Shown here: positions 1-10,495 of the stretch, in pieces | Numbering within the stretch: the first letter of the stretch is position 1 | Layout: every line of letters starts with the position of its first letter | IMG/VR virus record: IMGVR_UViG_2877285697_000003 | Coordinates: 1-36,641 of that record | Origin: a virus | Taxonomy: Duplodnaviria > Heunggongvirae > Uroviricota > Caudoviricetes | DNA: 36,641 bases | Reading direction: 5' to 3' (one strand) | Program-made: the position numbers and the translations under genes | Notes under the pieces: model-generated | What the model was told of the DNA's origin: nothing | The model's database searches: none | Seen by the model: the letters and a program-made list of their open reading frames with translations, nothing else

Positions 1-74
1 TCCGTAACGCCTCTGCCACGCGCGTAACGTGACAGGGATTAAAGGTAAACCAATTGATTTTGCAAGTTTTTATT

Positions 75-1361
75 TTACCCCGCTTTCTTATGGGGCATGC
101 ATGGGACACTTTCAGATAGTCTTCTGTTAAGAAGTTCTATCTGTTCGTGATTGTTGTCTTTCATCCATGCTCCGTAAACATTGAATACCATTTGTGCGTT
201 TGTGTGGCCCATCTGGCTTGCGATAAAACTAGGATTAGCTCCTGCGGCAAGTGACCAGCATGCATAGGTATGCCTGGATTGATACGATTTTCTGTGTCTC
301 AGACCTGCGCGTTTTAAGATACTTGTCCATGACTCCCTGATGGAGTCAACCTTATAGTGCGGTCCGGAAAACTGCCGCTGTTTTATTACCTGAGGACTAA
401 AAACAAAAGTGCATTTATGCACAGCAGTTCTCCCATATTCCCTCTGCTTTACCTCTACAGAATGTTGCTTTCCAAGCATAGTCATTTCTGCCTGGCTTTT
501 AAGAGCATCAATAGCTGGTTGAACCAGATGAATTGTCCTTCCGGTGCCAGCATCGGTTTTTGGTGGAGTGAATTCGCCAAGTTTTGTATAATTCCTACGG
601 ATGGTTATAGTCCTTGCTTTAAGGTCGATATCTTCCCATGCCAGCGATACCAACTCCCCGTGACGAATACCCGTGTATACAGCGAGAATCCACAGGTTTT
701 TTGTTTGTTGATGACGGCAAGCCTCAATAAAACGAATAAATTCGTCACGGGTGAGTGGATCTGGTTTTACCTTGGACTTTTTTAAGGGGGCCAGACCGTT
801 AAATGGGTTTCCTGAGGTATAACCATTATCTGTTGCAAATTGAAACATTCCAGCTATGGTTGTCATATAGTAGTTTACCGTGACCACTGAGCGCCCTTTT
901 ATGGAAGAAGTCTTTCCATTAGAAAGCTTTTGGTAACCGGTCAACAAATCTCTCCTTACGAAAAGTAAATCCTCTTTTGTTATGGATGAAACCAGTTTTT
1001 TTTCACCTAACATTGGTAACATGTTTTTAATTACTGACTGGTAACGGTTAAGTGCATTCGCACAAATCTCAATTTTCTTAAGGTCCAACCATTTTTCCGA
1101 AAGTGCCTTAACGGTTATCTCTCTTTTTCCCAGACCAAAGTGTTTCAGGTTAGGGGAATTAGGGAACTGCGCGGCGTAGTCGAAACTCCCCATTCTGATT
1201 GCAAAACAAACGGAAGTGCGAAGTTCACCAGCGATCTTCCGGTTTTTGGCTGTGTCAGGAACACCGAGGTTTTCTCTGACACGTTTGCCGTTATAGTGAA
1301 ACCATATGCGTAGTGATCCGCCATGGTTTTCAACGCCTGTCGGGTATGATGCGTTACTCAT
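75..1361 (-). CDS. Phage-type tyrosine recombinase / integrase (428 aa)
   Basis: Complete ORF; C-terminal catalytic region typical of tyrosine recombinases (..RHTYACWSLAAG..VYGAWM..); lies at the left edge of a phage-derived block with its 3' end pointing out of the window. Confidence 0.85.
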   Translation of the reverse strand: MSNASYPTGVENHGGSLRIWFHYNGKRVRENLGVPDTAKNRKIAGELRTSVCFAIRMGSFDYAAQFPNSPNLKHFGLGKREITVKALSEKWLDLKKIEICANALNRYQSVIKNMLPMLGEKKLVSSITKEDLLFVRRDLLTGYQKLSNGKTSSIKGRSVVTVNYYMTTIAGMFQFATDNGYTSGNPFNGLAPLKKSKVKPDPLTRDEFIRFIEACRHQQTKNLWILAVYTGIRHGELVSLAWEDIDLKARTITIRRNYTKLGEFTPPKTDAGTGRTIHLVQPAIDALKSQAEMTMLGKQHSVEVKQREYGRTAVHKCTFVFSPQVIKQRQFSGPHYKVDSIRESWTSILKRAGLRHRKSYQSRHTYACWSLAAGANPSFIASQMGHTNAQMVFNVYGAWMKDNNHEQIELLNRRLSESVPCMPHKKAG

Positions 1362-1427
1362 TAAACCTCCCAGACGTCCAGGAGCATTAACAGGTTAACC
1401 GGAACTTGCATTTTTGGCACCTGGTTG

Positions 1428-2123
1428 TGAGGTGTACTGGCAATAGCGGACACTACCATTTGTTCTTTTTTTTAAGCAGCCATCTGATGATATTTTTCCC
1501 TGAAGGCTGCCGGGGAGATATTCCCCAGACGAGAGTGACGACGCTGACGATTGTAGAAAATCTCAATGTATTCCCGTATTACTGAGATGGCTTCATCCCG
1601 GTTATTAAAACGATAGTGGCTCAGGCTCTCATTTTTCAGCGTTCCCCAGAAGCTTTCCATCGGAGCGTTGTCGTAACAGTTACCTTTACGCGACATTGAT
1701 GTTTTCAGACCAAACTGCTCCTGTATGACCCGGTAATCGTATGCGCAGTACTGTGAACCTCGATCAGAGTGGTGGATTAGCCCGGCAGGTGGGCGCTGGC
1801 TCCTGAGCGCCATAAACAGGGCTTTACCTGTCAGCTCTTTTGTCATGCGCTCTCCCATGGCGTAGCCGACAATTTCGCACGTATAAACATCTTTGATGCC
1901 AGCGAGGTACAACCATCCCTCCTGTGTGGCAACATACGTCAGGTCCGCCACCCAGACCTGATTTGGTGCTGTAGGAGCGAACGTCTGGTTCAGCAGATTT
2001 GGCGCAACTGGCAGATTGTGGTTCGGGTTCGTAGTCGCTCTGAACTTGCGTTTCTGCTTACAGCGTAGCCTTAGCTCCTTACGAAGACGTGCCAGTCGGT
2101 CACGACCAACGATGATGCCATTC
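1428..2123 (-). mobile_element. IS600 (IS3 family) 3' fragment, about 696 bp, cut by IS911
   Basis: Terminal sequence TGAGGTGTACTGGCAATAGCGGACACTACC identical to the ends of the other IS600 copies at 6335 and 17550; orfB coding identical to 6378-7196; homology stops exactly at the IS911 left end. Confidence 0.85.
1472..2123 (-). pseudogene. IS600 orfB transposase, N-terminally truncated (ORF continues artifactually into IS911 to 2149)
   Basis: 225-aa ORF identical to the C-terminal 217 residues of the 272-aa orfB at 6378-7196; lacks orfA and the first 55 codons of orfB. Confidence 0.85.
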
Positions 2124-2195
2124 TGAAGTGGCACACTGAATTTGGCCACCTGAACAGAGGTGATATGCTCACCTCAGAACAACACAGGTGCTCCA

Positions 2196-3364
<1,169 letters not shown>

Positions 3365-3566
3365 CCACTTCACAGTCCTCAATCGCTGGTTCCGTGACGG
3401 AAGGGGGCGTCGTGTTCACGTTATACGCTGGGAGCCTGAAACACAGCGGGTTATTTATCTGCGTGATGGTTATCCATATGAATGTTTCAGCCCGTTGTGG
3501 TTGTTCAGGCGTGATTTTGTGGAGTGTGAAGCGCCGCCGGAATGACGGCACGGTATATACGAAAAA

Positions 3567-3926
3567 TTACGTCGCCTTGCCCAGCGTAAAATCAAAGTGG
3601 ATGTCGTCATACGGGAATGACGTTCCGCGCTCGCTTTTTTCCAGTAAACCGTTGCTGATGAGTGCGGTCACGTCAGTATGCACGCTTTTTACATCACGTC
3701 CAACCAGGGCTGCAATTTTTCGGATGGACATTTCTCCGGCACCAGTCATTGCCATCAGAATGTCCATGCGTTTTGGTGTCAGTACCTTATGCATCATTTG
3801 CCAGTCAGGAAATGAAATAACGTTTTCTCTGGTTGCTTTTGCTCCGGTAGCTGCTTCCTGGAACGCAGACAGCACATCAGCCGTGAAATTATCCATTGAC
3901 TCGATTCGGATTGTTACGGTTCTCAT
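3567..3926 (-). CDS. Winged-helix HTH DNA-binding protein (about 119 aa from internal ATG; ORF track gives 151 aa)
   Basis: Helix-turn-helix-like segment ..EMSIRKIAALVGRDVKSVHTDVTALISNGLLEKSERG..; ATG at 3926 is 1 nt after the stop of the upstream 95-aa ORF (TGAcATG on the minus strand), suggesting a two-gene operon. Confidence 0.55.
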   Translation of the reverse strand: MRTVTIRIESMDNFTADVLSAFQEAATGAKATRENVISFPDWQMMHKVLTPKRMDILMAMTGAGEMSIRKIAALVGRDVKSVHTDVTALISNGLLEKSERGTSFPYDDIHFDFTLGKAT

Positions 3927-3927
3927 G

Positions 3928-4215
3928 TCAGATACCTCTGCGGATGGATTTAACGTCAGCCAGAAAATCAGCGAGCAGTTGTTCAATGGTGACAAAGCTG
4001 GTGCTGACTTCCTGACTACCAATGTGTTTGTGATCGCCTTTACCCCGTTCGTTGTCGTAACGCATCACACACATGCCATCAACGACATAAGCCATGCTGT
4101 ATTTGTAGTTGTGCTGGCTACCCAATACAGCAGGCTCCACTTCCCATATGCGGATTCGTATGTATTCAGATTCACCGAGATGACGGATGAACTGTTTATA
4201 CAGTCTGGATGGCAT
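3928..4215 (-). CDS. Hypothetical 95-aa protein, upstream partner of the HTH gene
   Basis: Complete ORF, stop codon 1 nt before the downstream HTH gene start; no family recognised by eye. Confidence 0.5.
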   Translation of the reverse strand: MPSRLYKQFIRHLGESEYIRIRIWEVEPAVLGSQHNYKYSMAYVVDGMCVMRYDNERGKGDHKHIGSQEVSTSFVTIEQLLADFLADVKSIRRGI

Positions 4216-4383
4216 TTAAAGCTTCCTCTGGTTCTTGTTGTAAACAATAACAACAAGGCTTCGCGTTGTCCACAGCTACAACATTTTGATATTGATTCTG
4301 CAAGTCCGGGACGTTACACTGTTCCGGCACCTTATAAAACGGGTGCCGGGATTTGCACCCCGGAATTGATCAAGGCGATATAC

Positions 4384-4405
4384 GACGCGCCAGCGTCTTT
4401 TTTAT
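4384..4405 (+). terminator. Hairpin plus T-run (GACGCGCCAGCGTC TTTTTTAT) inside the divergent intergenic region
   Basis: GC-rich inverted repeat followed by a 6-T run on the + strand, about 165 bp upstream of the Rha-like gene start; could be an attenuator or small-RNA terminator. Confidence 0.35.
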
Positions 4406-4569
4406 CGTCCACGCTCACGCACGCCAGAATTATGGTGGGCTGGGCAGGGGAGCCGAAAGGCTCGCCGGTTTCCTTGATCGCCGGTAGTGCAAACCCTGTT
4501 CAGTCCGCCACCAGCGAGATTTGCACCTCCGGTGGTGGAAGTATTTCACCGATCAAGGAGGCTGCCATT

Positions 4570-5301
4570 ATGGCTACGATCCCAGTTTCCCCATTCCTCA
4601 AAATCGAAGTCGTCAACGGTAAGGCCGTTACTACATCTCTTTTCGGATATCTCAAACTGTTGCGCCTTGCTGGTGTTCCGGGTTATATTTCTCGCGTTGC
4701 TGTAAATCCAGCAACCGGGCTTCGCATCCCGAAACATCACACAGGGCTGACACGCCATAAGCGTGTTTTTTTGTCTACGTACGTCTATTCAATGGCGGCT
4801 CAGATGGGAGCTTCTTCGGAAGCGCCGGTTTTCCCTTGTGTGTCCGGTAATGCGAATCCTGTCTGGGCTGCCACCAATCATGGTTTCGCATCCGTGGGTG
4901 GTAGCTGTAAAGCACACACACAAGGGGCTGTCACCATGACTACCACCACTACTCACCCATTCCTCAAAATCGAAGTCGTCAACGGCAAGGCCGTTATTTT
5001 CTCTTTGCATGTGGCCTGCTACTTTAAGCGCATGCACCAGAACATCGTCGACAAAATCGAGTATCTGAACTGCTCGCGCGAATTTTTTACCCGCAATTTC
5101 ATACCGGGTACTTACCACATCTATGACGACTCTCTGCGTGGTTATTACATCACCCTTGATGGTCTGATGATGCTTCAGCTTGGGTTAAGTCTGCGCACAA
5201 TGCGGTACTACGAGAGTTGCATTGAAGCGTTCCATGAGGCTGAAACCAGCCTGAATCATACCGCTTTCCGTCGTAATCAATGGGAGGCGCGTCATGTGTA
5301 A
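4570..5301 (+). CDS. Rha-family-like phage regulatory protein (C-terminal half Rha-like; alternative start at 4936)
   Basis: ATG at 4570 preceded by AAGGAGG; residues from 4936 (MTTTTTHPFLKIEVVNGKAVIFSL..YYITLDGLMMLQLGLS..IEAFHEAE) resemble Rha/antirepressor-type N-terminal domains; the motif PFLKIEVVNGKAV is encoded twice by a 39-bp direct repeat. Confidence 0.45.
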   Translation: MATIPVSPFLKIEVVNGKAVTTSLFGYLKLLRLAGVPGYISRVAVNPATGLRIPKHHTGLTRHKRVFLSTYVYSMAAQMGASSEAPVFPCVSGNANPVWAATNHGFASVGGSCKAHTQGAVTMTTTTTHPFLKIEVVNGKAVIFSLHVACYFKRMHQNIVDKIEYLNCSREFFTRNFIPGTYHIYDDSLRGYYITLDGLMMLQLGLSLRTMRYYESCIEAFHEAETSLNHTAFRRNQWEARHV

Positions 5302-5527
5302 TAACCATTATTCAGATACCACTGTCACGGTAATTAAAAACCTGATGGATGCGCTTATTGACATCTCTGTTATTGCAGACAGGGTGCATAAGCACGCCGC
5401 CACTGAAACAGAATATACCGGGGCTCTCGTTCCTCATTCACTGACTGTCATGCAAATTAGCGCCGACCAGGCGCTGGAAACAGCCAGCAAAATGCTCATG
5501 GCTGATGTGCAGGAGGTACGTCCATGA
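5294..5527 (+). CDS. Hypothetical protein (77 aa)
   Basis: ORF whose start overlaps the stop of the upstream gene and whose stop overlaps the next start (ATGA), i.e. translational coupling. Confidence 0.4.
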   Translation: MCNNHYSDTTVTVIKNLMDALIDISVIADRVHKHAATETEYTGALVPHSLTVMQISADQALETASKMLMADVQEVRP

Positions 5528-5748
5528 TTCGCCGCATCGTTAATTCTCTGTATCACCGATACAACCGTTGCCCCCGTGTGGGGCAGTGGTTTGCCACCAG
5601 CAACGGTCACGTTCTGCGGGTTTGCCTGGTCAGCACCGAAAACCAGAAAGTTGTGTGTGAATTACTGGGGCGTAGCTACACCATCAGTTACCCACTGGTG
5701 GTGTTTCAGTCCGGAAAAATGTTTAAACGCCTGGGAGGTGCTGTGTGA
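5524..5748 (+). CDS. Hypothetical protein (74 aa)
   Basis: ATGA overlap with the upstream ORF and GTGA overlap with the downstream ORF. Confidence 0.4.
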   Translation: MIRRIVNSLYHRYNRCPRVGQWFATSNGHVLRVCLVSTENQKVVCELLGRSYTISYPLVVFQSGKMFKRLGGAV

Positions 5749-6044
5749 ACTGTTTTCAGTTTGTGTGCGGAAGTGTTTTCGATAATCCGATTCAGCGCCT
5801 GATTATGTTGCGTGTTTGGATGTCGGGGTCTTCAGACGGGGAAGGTGAGAGAGTTATTGAGCACCAAGTGCTTGCCGATTTTTGTTGCTGTTCAAAACAA
5901 GCGATGTTCAGAGAAACCCTGGCCCTGGAAAGGGCGGGACATCTGCATATCCGAAAAATTGCAACGCTTACCATTGATGCAAAAGCCCGACTCCAGCCTG
6001 CCCGTGGTTACACAATTGTCATGCCGCGTAAGGAGGCTGTATGA
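5745..6044 (+). CDS. Hypothetical protein (99 aa, GTG start)
   Basis: GTG start overlapping the upstream stop; ATGA overlap with the next ORF. Confidence 0.4.
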   Translation: MNCFQFVCGSVFDNPIQRLIMLRVWMSGSSDGEGERVIEHQVLADFCCCSKQAMFRETLALERAGHLHIRKIATLTIDAKARLQPARGYTIVMPRKEAV

Positions 6045-6334
6045 GTCGTTATGCCCCCACACCGGAAGTTATGGCTATTGGTCAAATTAATATTTCCGGC
6101 AATGTCACACCGACAACCTGGTGGAAACATATCCAGCTACCCAGTGGGCGTCCGGATGCGACAGCCATTGCGCTGCTTTCAGAGATTGTTTACTGGTATC
6201 GCCCGACAGAAGTCAGGGATGAGCATACAGGGGCTTTACTGGGATATCGCAAGCGTTTTCAGGGTGACAAGCTGCAAAGAAGCTATCAGGCGTTTGCTGA
6301 GCAGTTTGGCTTTGGGAAAAGGGAAACCGCAGAT
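6041..6334 (+). pseudogene. Hypothetical gene, 3'-truncated by IS600 (stop codon supplied by the IS terminus)
   Basis: ORF runs straight into the IS600 end at 6335 (..GKRETAD then TGA from TGAGGTGTACTGG). Confidence 0.45.
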
Positions 6335-7365
6335 TGAGGTGTACTGGCAATAGCGGACACTACCATTTGTTCTTTTTTTAAGCAGCCATCTGATGGTATT
6401 TTTCCCTGAAGGCTGCCGGGGAGATATTCCCCAGACGAGAGTGACGACGCTGACGATTGTAGAAAATCTCAATGTATTCCCGTATTACTGAGATGGCTTC
6501 ATCCCGGTTATTAAAACGATAGTGGCTCAGGCTCTCATTTTTCAGCGTTCCCCAGAAGCTTTCCATCGGAGCGTTGTCGTAACAGTTACCTTTACGCGAC
6601 ATTGATGTTTTCAGACCAAACTGCTCCTGTATGACCCGGTAATCGTATGCGCAGTACTGTGAACCTCGATCAGAGTGGTGGATTAGCCCGGCAGGTGGGC
6701 GCTGGCTCCTGAGCGCCATAAACAGGGCTTTACCTGTCAGCTCTTTTGTCATGCGCTCTCCCATGGCGTAGCCGACAATTTCGCACGTATAAACATCTTT
6801 GATGCCAGCGAGGTACAACCATCCCTCCTGTGTGGCAACATACGTCAGGTCCGCCACCCAGACCTGATTTGGTGCTGTAGGAGCGAACGTCTGGTTCAGC
6901 AGATTTGGCGCAACTGGCAGATTGTGGTTCGGGTTCGTAGTCGCTCTGAACTTGCGTTTCTGCTTACAGCGTAGCCTTAGCTCCTTACGAAGACGTGCCA
7001 GTCGGTCACGACCAACGATGATGCCATTCTCTGCCAGCTCCGTCTGGAGCCGCCGGGTTCCATATGTTTCGCGAGTGCGGATATGTGCCACCTTAATCTC
7101 CAGTTTTAGCCGCTCATCACTTTGTTTTCTGTCTGAGGGTTCATGCTGTACCCAGTTGTAATAACCGCTCCTGGATACACCAAATACCTGACACATCGCT
7201 TCAATGGGAAATTGTTGTCGCCATTGTTCGATTAACGCGTATTTTTCAGCGACTCCTGTGCAAAATACGCTGTTGCTTTTTTTAATATATCTCGCTCAAG
7301 GCGAGCTTCATTTAACGCCTTACGCAGTTGCAGAATTTCAGATTCCAGTTCAGCCACCGTGCGGG
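6335..7365 (-). mobile_element. IS600 copy, 5'-truncated (about 1031 of 1264 bp; lacks IRL and first ~57 codons of orfA)
   Basis: Right terminus TGAGGTGTACTGGCAATAGCGG at 6335; identity to the complete copy (16287-17550) ends near 7365 inside orfA, where molR-like sequence begins. Confidence 0.85.
6378..7196 (-). CDS. IS600 orfB transposase (272 aa)
   Basis: Nearly identical to orfB of the complete IS600 at 16689-17507 (two substitutions); IS3-family catalytic core. Confidence 0.9.
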   Translation of the reverse strand: MCQVFGVSRSGYYNWVQHEPSDRKQSDERLKLEIKVAHIRTRETYGTRRLQTELAENGIIVGRDRLARLRKELRLRCKQKRKFRATTNPNHNLPVAPNLLNQTFAPTAPNQVWVADLTYVATQEGWLYLAGIKDVYTCEIVGYAMGERMTKELTGKALFMALRSQRPPAGLIHHSDRGSQYCAYDYRVIQEQFGLKTSMSRKGNCYDNAPMESFWGTLKNESLSHYRFNNRDEAISVIREYIEIFYNRQRRHSRLGNISPAAFREKYHQMAA

Positions 7366-8893
7366 AACGTGATCTGGCTCGCCAGTGGATTTTACAATGG
7401 CCGGAACATACGGCTAGTGCACTTATCCCTCTTGTCTTTACCAAACCCAGCGATAATAGCGAAGCCGCATTACTTGCCCTGCGTTTACTGTACGAACAGG
7501 GACATGGCGAATTGCTACAAACCGTGGCAAACCGCTGGCAGCGTACAGATGTATGGTCTGCCCTGGAGCAGTTGCTTAAACAGGGTCCAATGGACATTTA
7601 CCCGGCACGCATTCCAAAAGCCCCTGATTTCTGGCATCCGGCAATGTGGTCCAGGCCTTGACTTATCACTAATAATCAGCCTGTTACCGGTGACGCTCTG
7701 GAAATTATCGGCGAAATGCTGCGCTTTACCCAGGGGGGACGTTTTTATAGCGGGCTGGAACAACTGAAAACGTTCTGCCAGCCACAAACGCTGGCAGCTT
7801 TTGCCTGGGATCTCTTCACTGCGTGGCAACAAGCTGGTGCCCCCGCAAAAGACAACTGGGCATTTCTGGCGTTAAGTCTCTTTGGTGACGAAAGCACGGC
7901 ACGGGATCTGACGACACAGATCCTCGCCTGGCCACAAGAAGGCAAATCTGCCCGTGCTGTCAGCGGCCTGAACATCCTTACCCTGATGAATAATGATATG
8001 GCGCTGATACAGCTGCATCATATATCGCAACGGGCTAAATCCCGCCCCTTACGTGATAACGCGGCGGAATTTCTTCAGGTGGTCGCAGAAAATCGCGGGC
8101 TAAGCCAGGAAGAGCTAGCGGACAGATTAGTCCCAACCCTGGGCCTTGATGATCCGCAGGCGTTGAGTTTTGATTTTGGTCCCCGGCAGTTTACCGTTCG
8201 CTTCGATGAAAACCTCAACCCGGTTATCTTTGATCAGCAAAACGTTCGCCAGAAAAGCGTTCCCCGGTTGCGCGCCGATGACGATCAACTGAAAGCGCCC
8301 GAGGCACTGGCCCGACTAAAAGGGCTAAAAAAAGATGCTACTCAGGTGAGCAAAAACCTGCTCCCGCGTCTTGAAGCTGCCCTAGGTACCACCCGACGCT
8401 GGTCGCTGGCAGATTTTCATTCTCTGTTTGTTAATCATCCCTTTACCCGTCTGGTTACCCAGCGATTAATATGGGGGGGTTATCCGGCAAATGAACCGCG
8501 TTGTTTACTCAAAGCCTTTCGTGTGGCCGCAGAGGGGGAGTTCTGCAATGCGCAAGATGAGCCAATTGACCTGCCTGCGGACGCTCTGATTGGCATTGCC
8601 TACCCGTTAGAAATGACAGTAGAAATGCGCAGTGAATTTGCACAGCTTTTTGCCGATTACGAAATTATGCCGCCTTTTCGCCAGTTGTCGCGCCGCACGG
8701 TGCTGCTCACACCTGACGAGTCAACCAGTAACAGCCTGACTCGCTGGGAAGGTAAATCCGCTACCGTTGGGCAGCTTATGGGAATGCGATACAAAGGCTG
8801 GGAGTCAGGTTATGAGGACGCATTTGTCTATGACCTGGGTGAGTACCGGCTGGTCCTTAAGTTTTCACCCGGTTTTAACCACTACAATGTTGA
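7366..8893 (+). pseudogene. molR: molR/yehI-family (DUF4132-type) gene fragment: 5' part deleted at IS600, in-frame stop at 7659-7661, 3' end interrupted by IS1
   Basis: Two same-frame ORFs (7359-7661 and 7716-8915) separated by one stop codon; translation recalled as the large WGR/DUF4132 protein encoded next to metG in E. coli; the final codons MLPTY-stop come from the IS1 terminus. Confidence 0.6.
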
Positions 8894-9659
8894 GGTAATG
8901 CTGCCAACTTACTGATTTAGTGTATGATGGTGATTTTAAGGTGCTTGCGTGGCTTCCATTTCCATCAGATGTCCTTCCTGCTCCGCTACTGAAGGCGTGG
9001 TGCGTAACGGCAAAAGCACTGCCGGACATCAGCGCTATCTCTGCTCTCATTGCCAAAACATGGCAACTACAGTTCACTTACACCGCCTCTCAGCCCGGTA
9101 CGCACCAGAAAATCATTGATATGGCCATGAATGGCGTCGGATGTCGCGCCAGTGCACGCATTATGGGCGTTGGCCTCAACACGGTTTTACGTCACTTAAA
9201 AAACTCAGGCCGCAGTCGGTAACCTCGCGCATACAACCGGGCAGTGATGTGATTGTCTGCGCTGAAATGGACGAACAGTGGGGCTACGTCGGTGCTAAAT
9301 CACGTCAGCGCTGGCTGTTTTACGCGTATGACAGGATACGGAGGACGGTTGTGGCGCACGTCTTCGGTGAACGCACTCTGGCCACACTGGAGCGTCTTCT
9401 GAGCCTGCTGTCGGCCTTTGAGGTCGTGGTATGGATGACGGATGGCTGGCCGCTGTATGAATCACGCCTGAAGGGAAAGCTGCACGTTATCAGCAAGCGT
9501 TACACTCAGCGCATTGAGCGACATAATCTGAATCTGAGACAACATCTGGCAAGGCTGGGACGGAAGTCACTGTCGTTCTCAAAATCGGTGGAGCTGCATG
9601 ACAAGGTCATCGGGCATTATCTGAACATAAAACACTATCAGTAAGTTGGAGTCATTACC
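8894..9659 (+). mobile_element. IS1, full length but with a 2-bp deletion that frameshifts insA
   Basis: Ends GGTAATGCTGCCAACTTACTGAT.. and ..ATCAGTAAGTTGGAGTCATTACC; insA region TCTCATTGCC--AAAACATGG differs from canonical TCTCACTGCCGTAAAACATGG, so the InsA frame is broken; insB is intact. Confidence 0.9.
9141..9644 (+). CDS. insB: IS1 InsB
   Basis: 167-aa translation recognised as IS1 InsB (..[54 protein letters not shown]..). Confidence 0.9.
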   Translation: MSRQCTHYGRWPQHGFTSLKKLRPQSVTSRIQPGSDVIVCAEMDEQWGYVGAKSRQRWLFYAYDRIRRTVVAHVFGERTLATLERLLSLLSAFEVVVWMTDGWPLYESRLKGKLHVISKRYTQRIERHNLNLRQHLARLGRKSLSFSKSVELHDKVIGHYLNIKHYQ

Positions 9660-9818
9660 TGAATAATCAACAGGTGCTTCTGGGTTACAGCTGGCTTGAC
9701 GATAAACTTGAGCTCTACCTCCTTAGCATCGGTCCACATGAAAATTTTTATACCGATCAGAAAAAACACCGAAAAGCTGATTTAAAACTCATCGGTTAGT
9801 CCTGACGTCATGCATACC

Positions 9819-9846
9819 AGCCCACGTAAACGCGTGGGCTTTTTCA
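9819..9846 (+). terminator. Rho-independent terminator-like hairpin (AGCCCACG taaa CGTGGGCT TTTT)
   Basis: Perfect 8-bp stem, 4-nt loop, followed by a T-run, about 150 bp upstream of the KilA-N gene. Confidence 0.5.
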
Positions 9847-9997
9847 TATCTGAATTTCACCGCGCACCGCAGCGCATGATAACCACCGAACCTGCCCCTT
9901 TGGAATGAGCCTTTGAGGATACCAGTTAGTGCTGGCGAGCCTCGGTGGGCTGGTTTCCTGTGCGGCAAAGGTTCATTTCAAAGAACAGGTATACGAC

Positions 9998-10495
9998 ATG
10001 AAATCATTAACCCTCTTCAATCAGCCAATCCGTATCGGTGAAGATGGCATGATCTGCCTCACTGATATGTGGAAAGCCAGTGGTAAAAGTGAATCTGAAT
10101 CTCCGTACCACTACCTGCGAAACAAGCAGACCAAAGAGTTCTTAGCCGAGCTGGAGAAAAACCACGAATCTGTGGTTTTTACTGAGCGCGGTGTACACGG
10201 TGAAACATATGGCGGGAAGTTTGTTGCTTATGATTATGCAGCATGGCTAAACCCCGGATTTAAATATGCAGCCTATAAAGTCCTGGATGACTACTTCACC
10301 GGAGAACTTCAGCATCGCAACAGCTTAAGTGCGCAGCTCAATATGAAGTGTCATGAGTTTGATCAGAAAAAAGATATGGCGAGCTTCTGTGGACAAGGGC
10401 TGGCGGCATGGCGCTATACGAAGCCAGTGTTGGTCGCTGAGATTAACTCCCTGGCTAACCAGCTGCAGATAACGATCCCCGGGCTTCCGGGATGA
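9998..10495 (+). CDS. KilA-N domain protein (phage antirepressor-like DNA-binding protein)
   Basis: Start chosen at ATG 9998 with upstream AGG; translation (..ICLTDMWKASGK.. GGKFVAYDYAAWLNPGFKYAAYKVLDDYF..) matches the KilA-N domain pattern. Confidence 0.7.
   Translation: MKSLTLFNQPIRIGEDGMICLTDMWKASGKSESESPYHYLRNKQTKEFLAELEKNHESVVFTERGVHGETYGGKFVAYDYAAWLNPGFKYAAYKVLDDYFTGELQHRNSLSAQLNMKCHEFDQKKDMASFCGQGLAAWRYTKPVLVAEINSLANQLQITIPGLPG

Noticed and set aside
1-74. Attachment site or tRNA target at the integrase-proximal end
   Set aside because: Only 74 bp are available beyond the integrase stop and no tRNA 3' end or repeat can be recognised; the boundary cannot be determined from this window.
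3373-3545. C-terminal ORF remnant (..RRVHVIRWEPETQRVIYLRDGYPYECF..) after the IS911 right end
   Set aside because: The ORF starts inside IS911 and only about 57 codons lie outside it; it may be the tail of a gene cut by the IS, but no family is recognisable and it partly abuts the HTH gene on the opposite strand.
7204-7767. 187-aa ORF spanning the IS600/molR junction
   Set aside because: Crosses an IS boundary and is antisense to IS600 orfA; no coherent protein.
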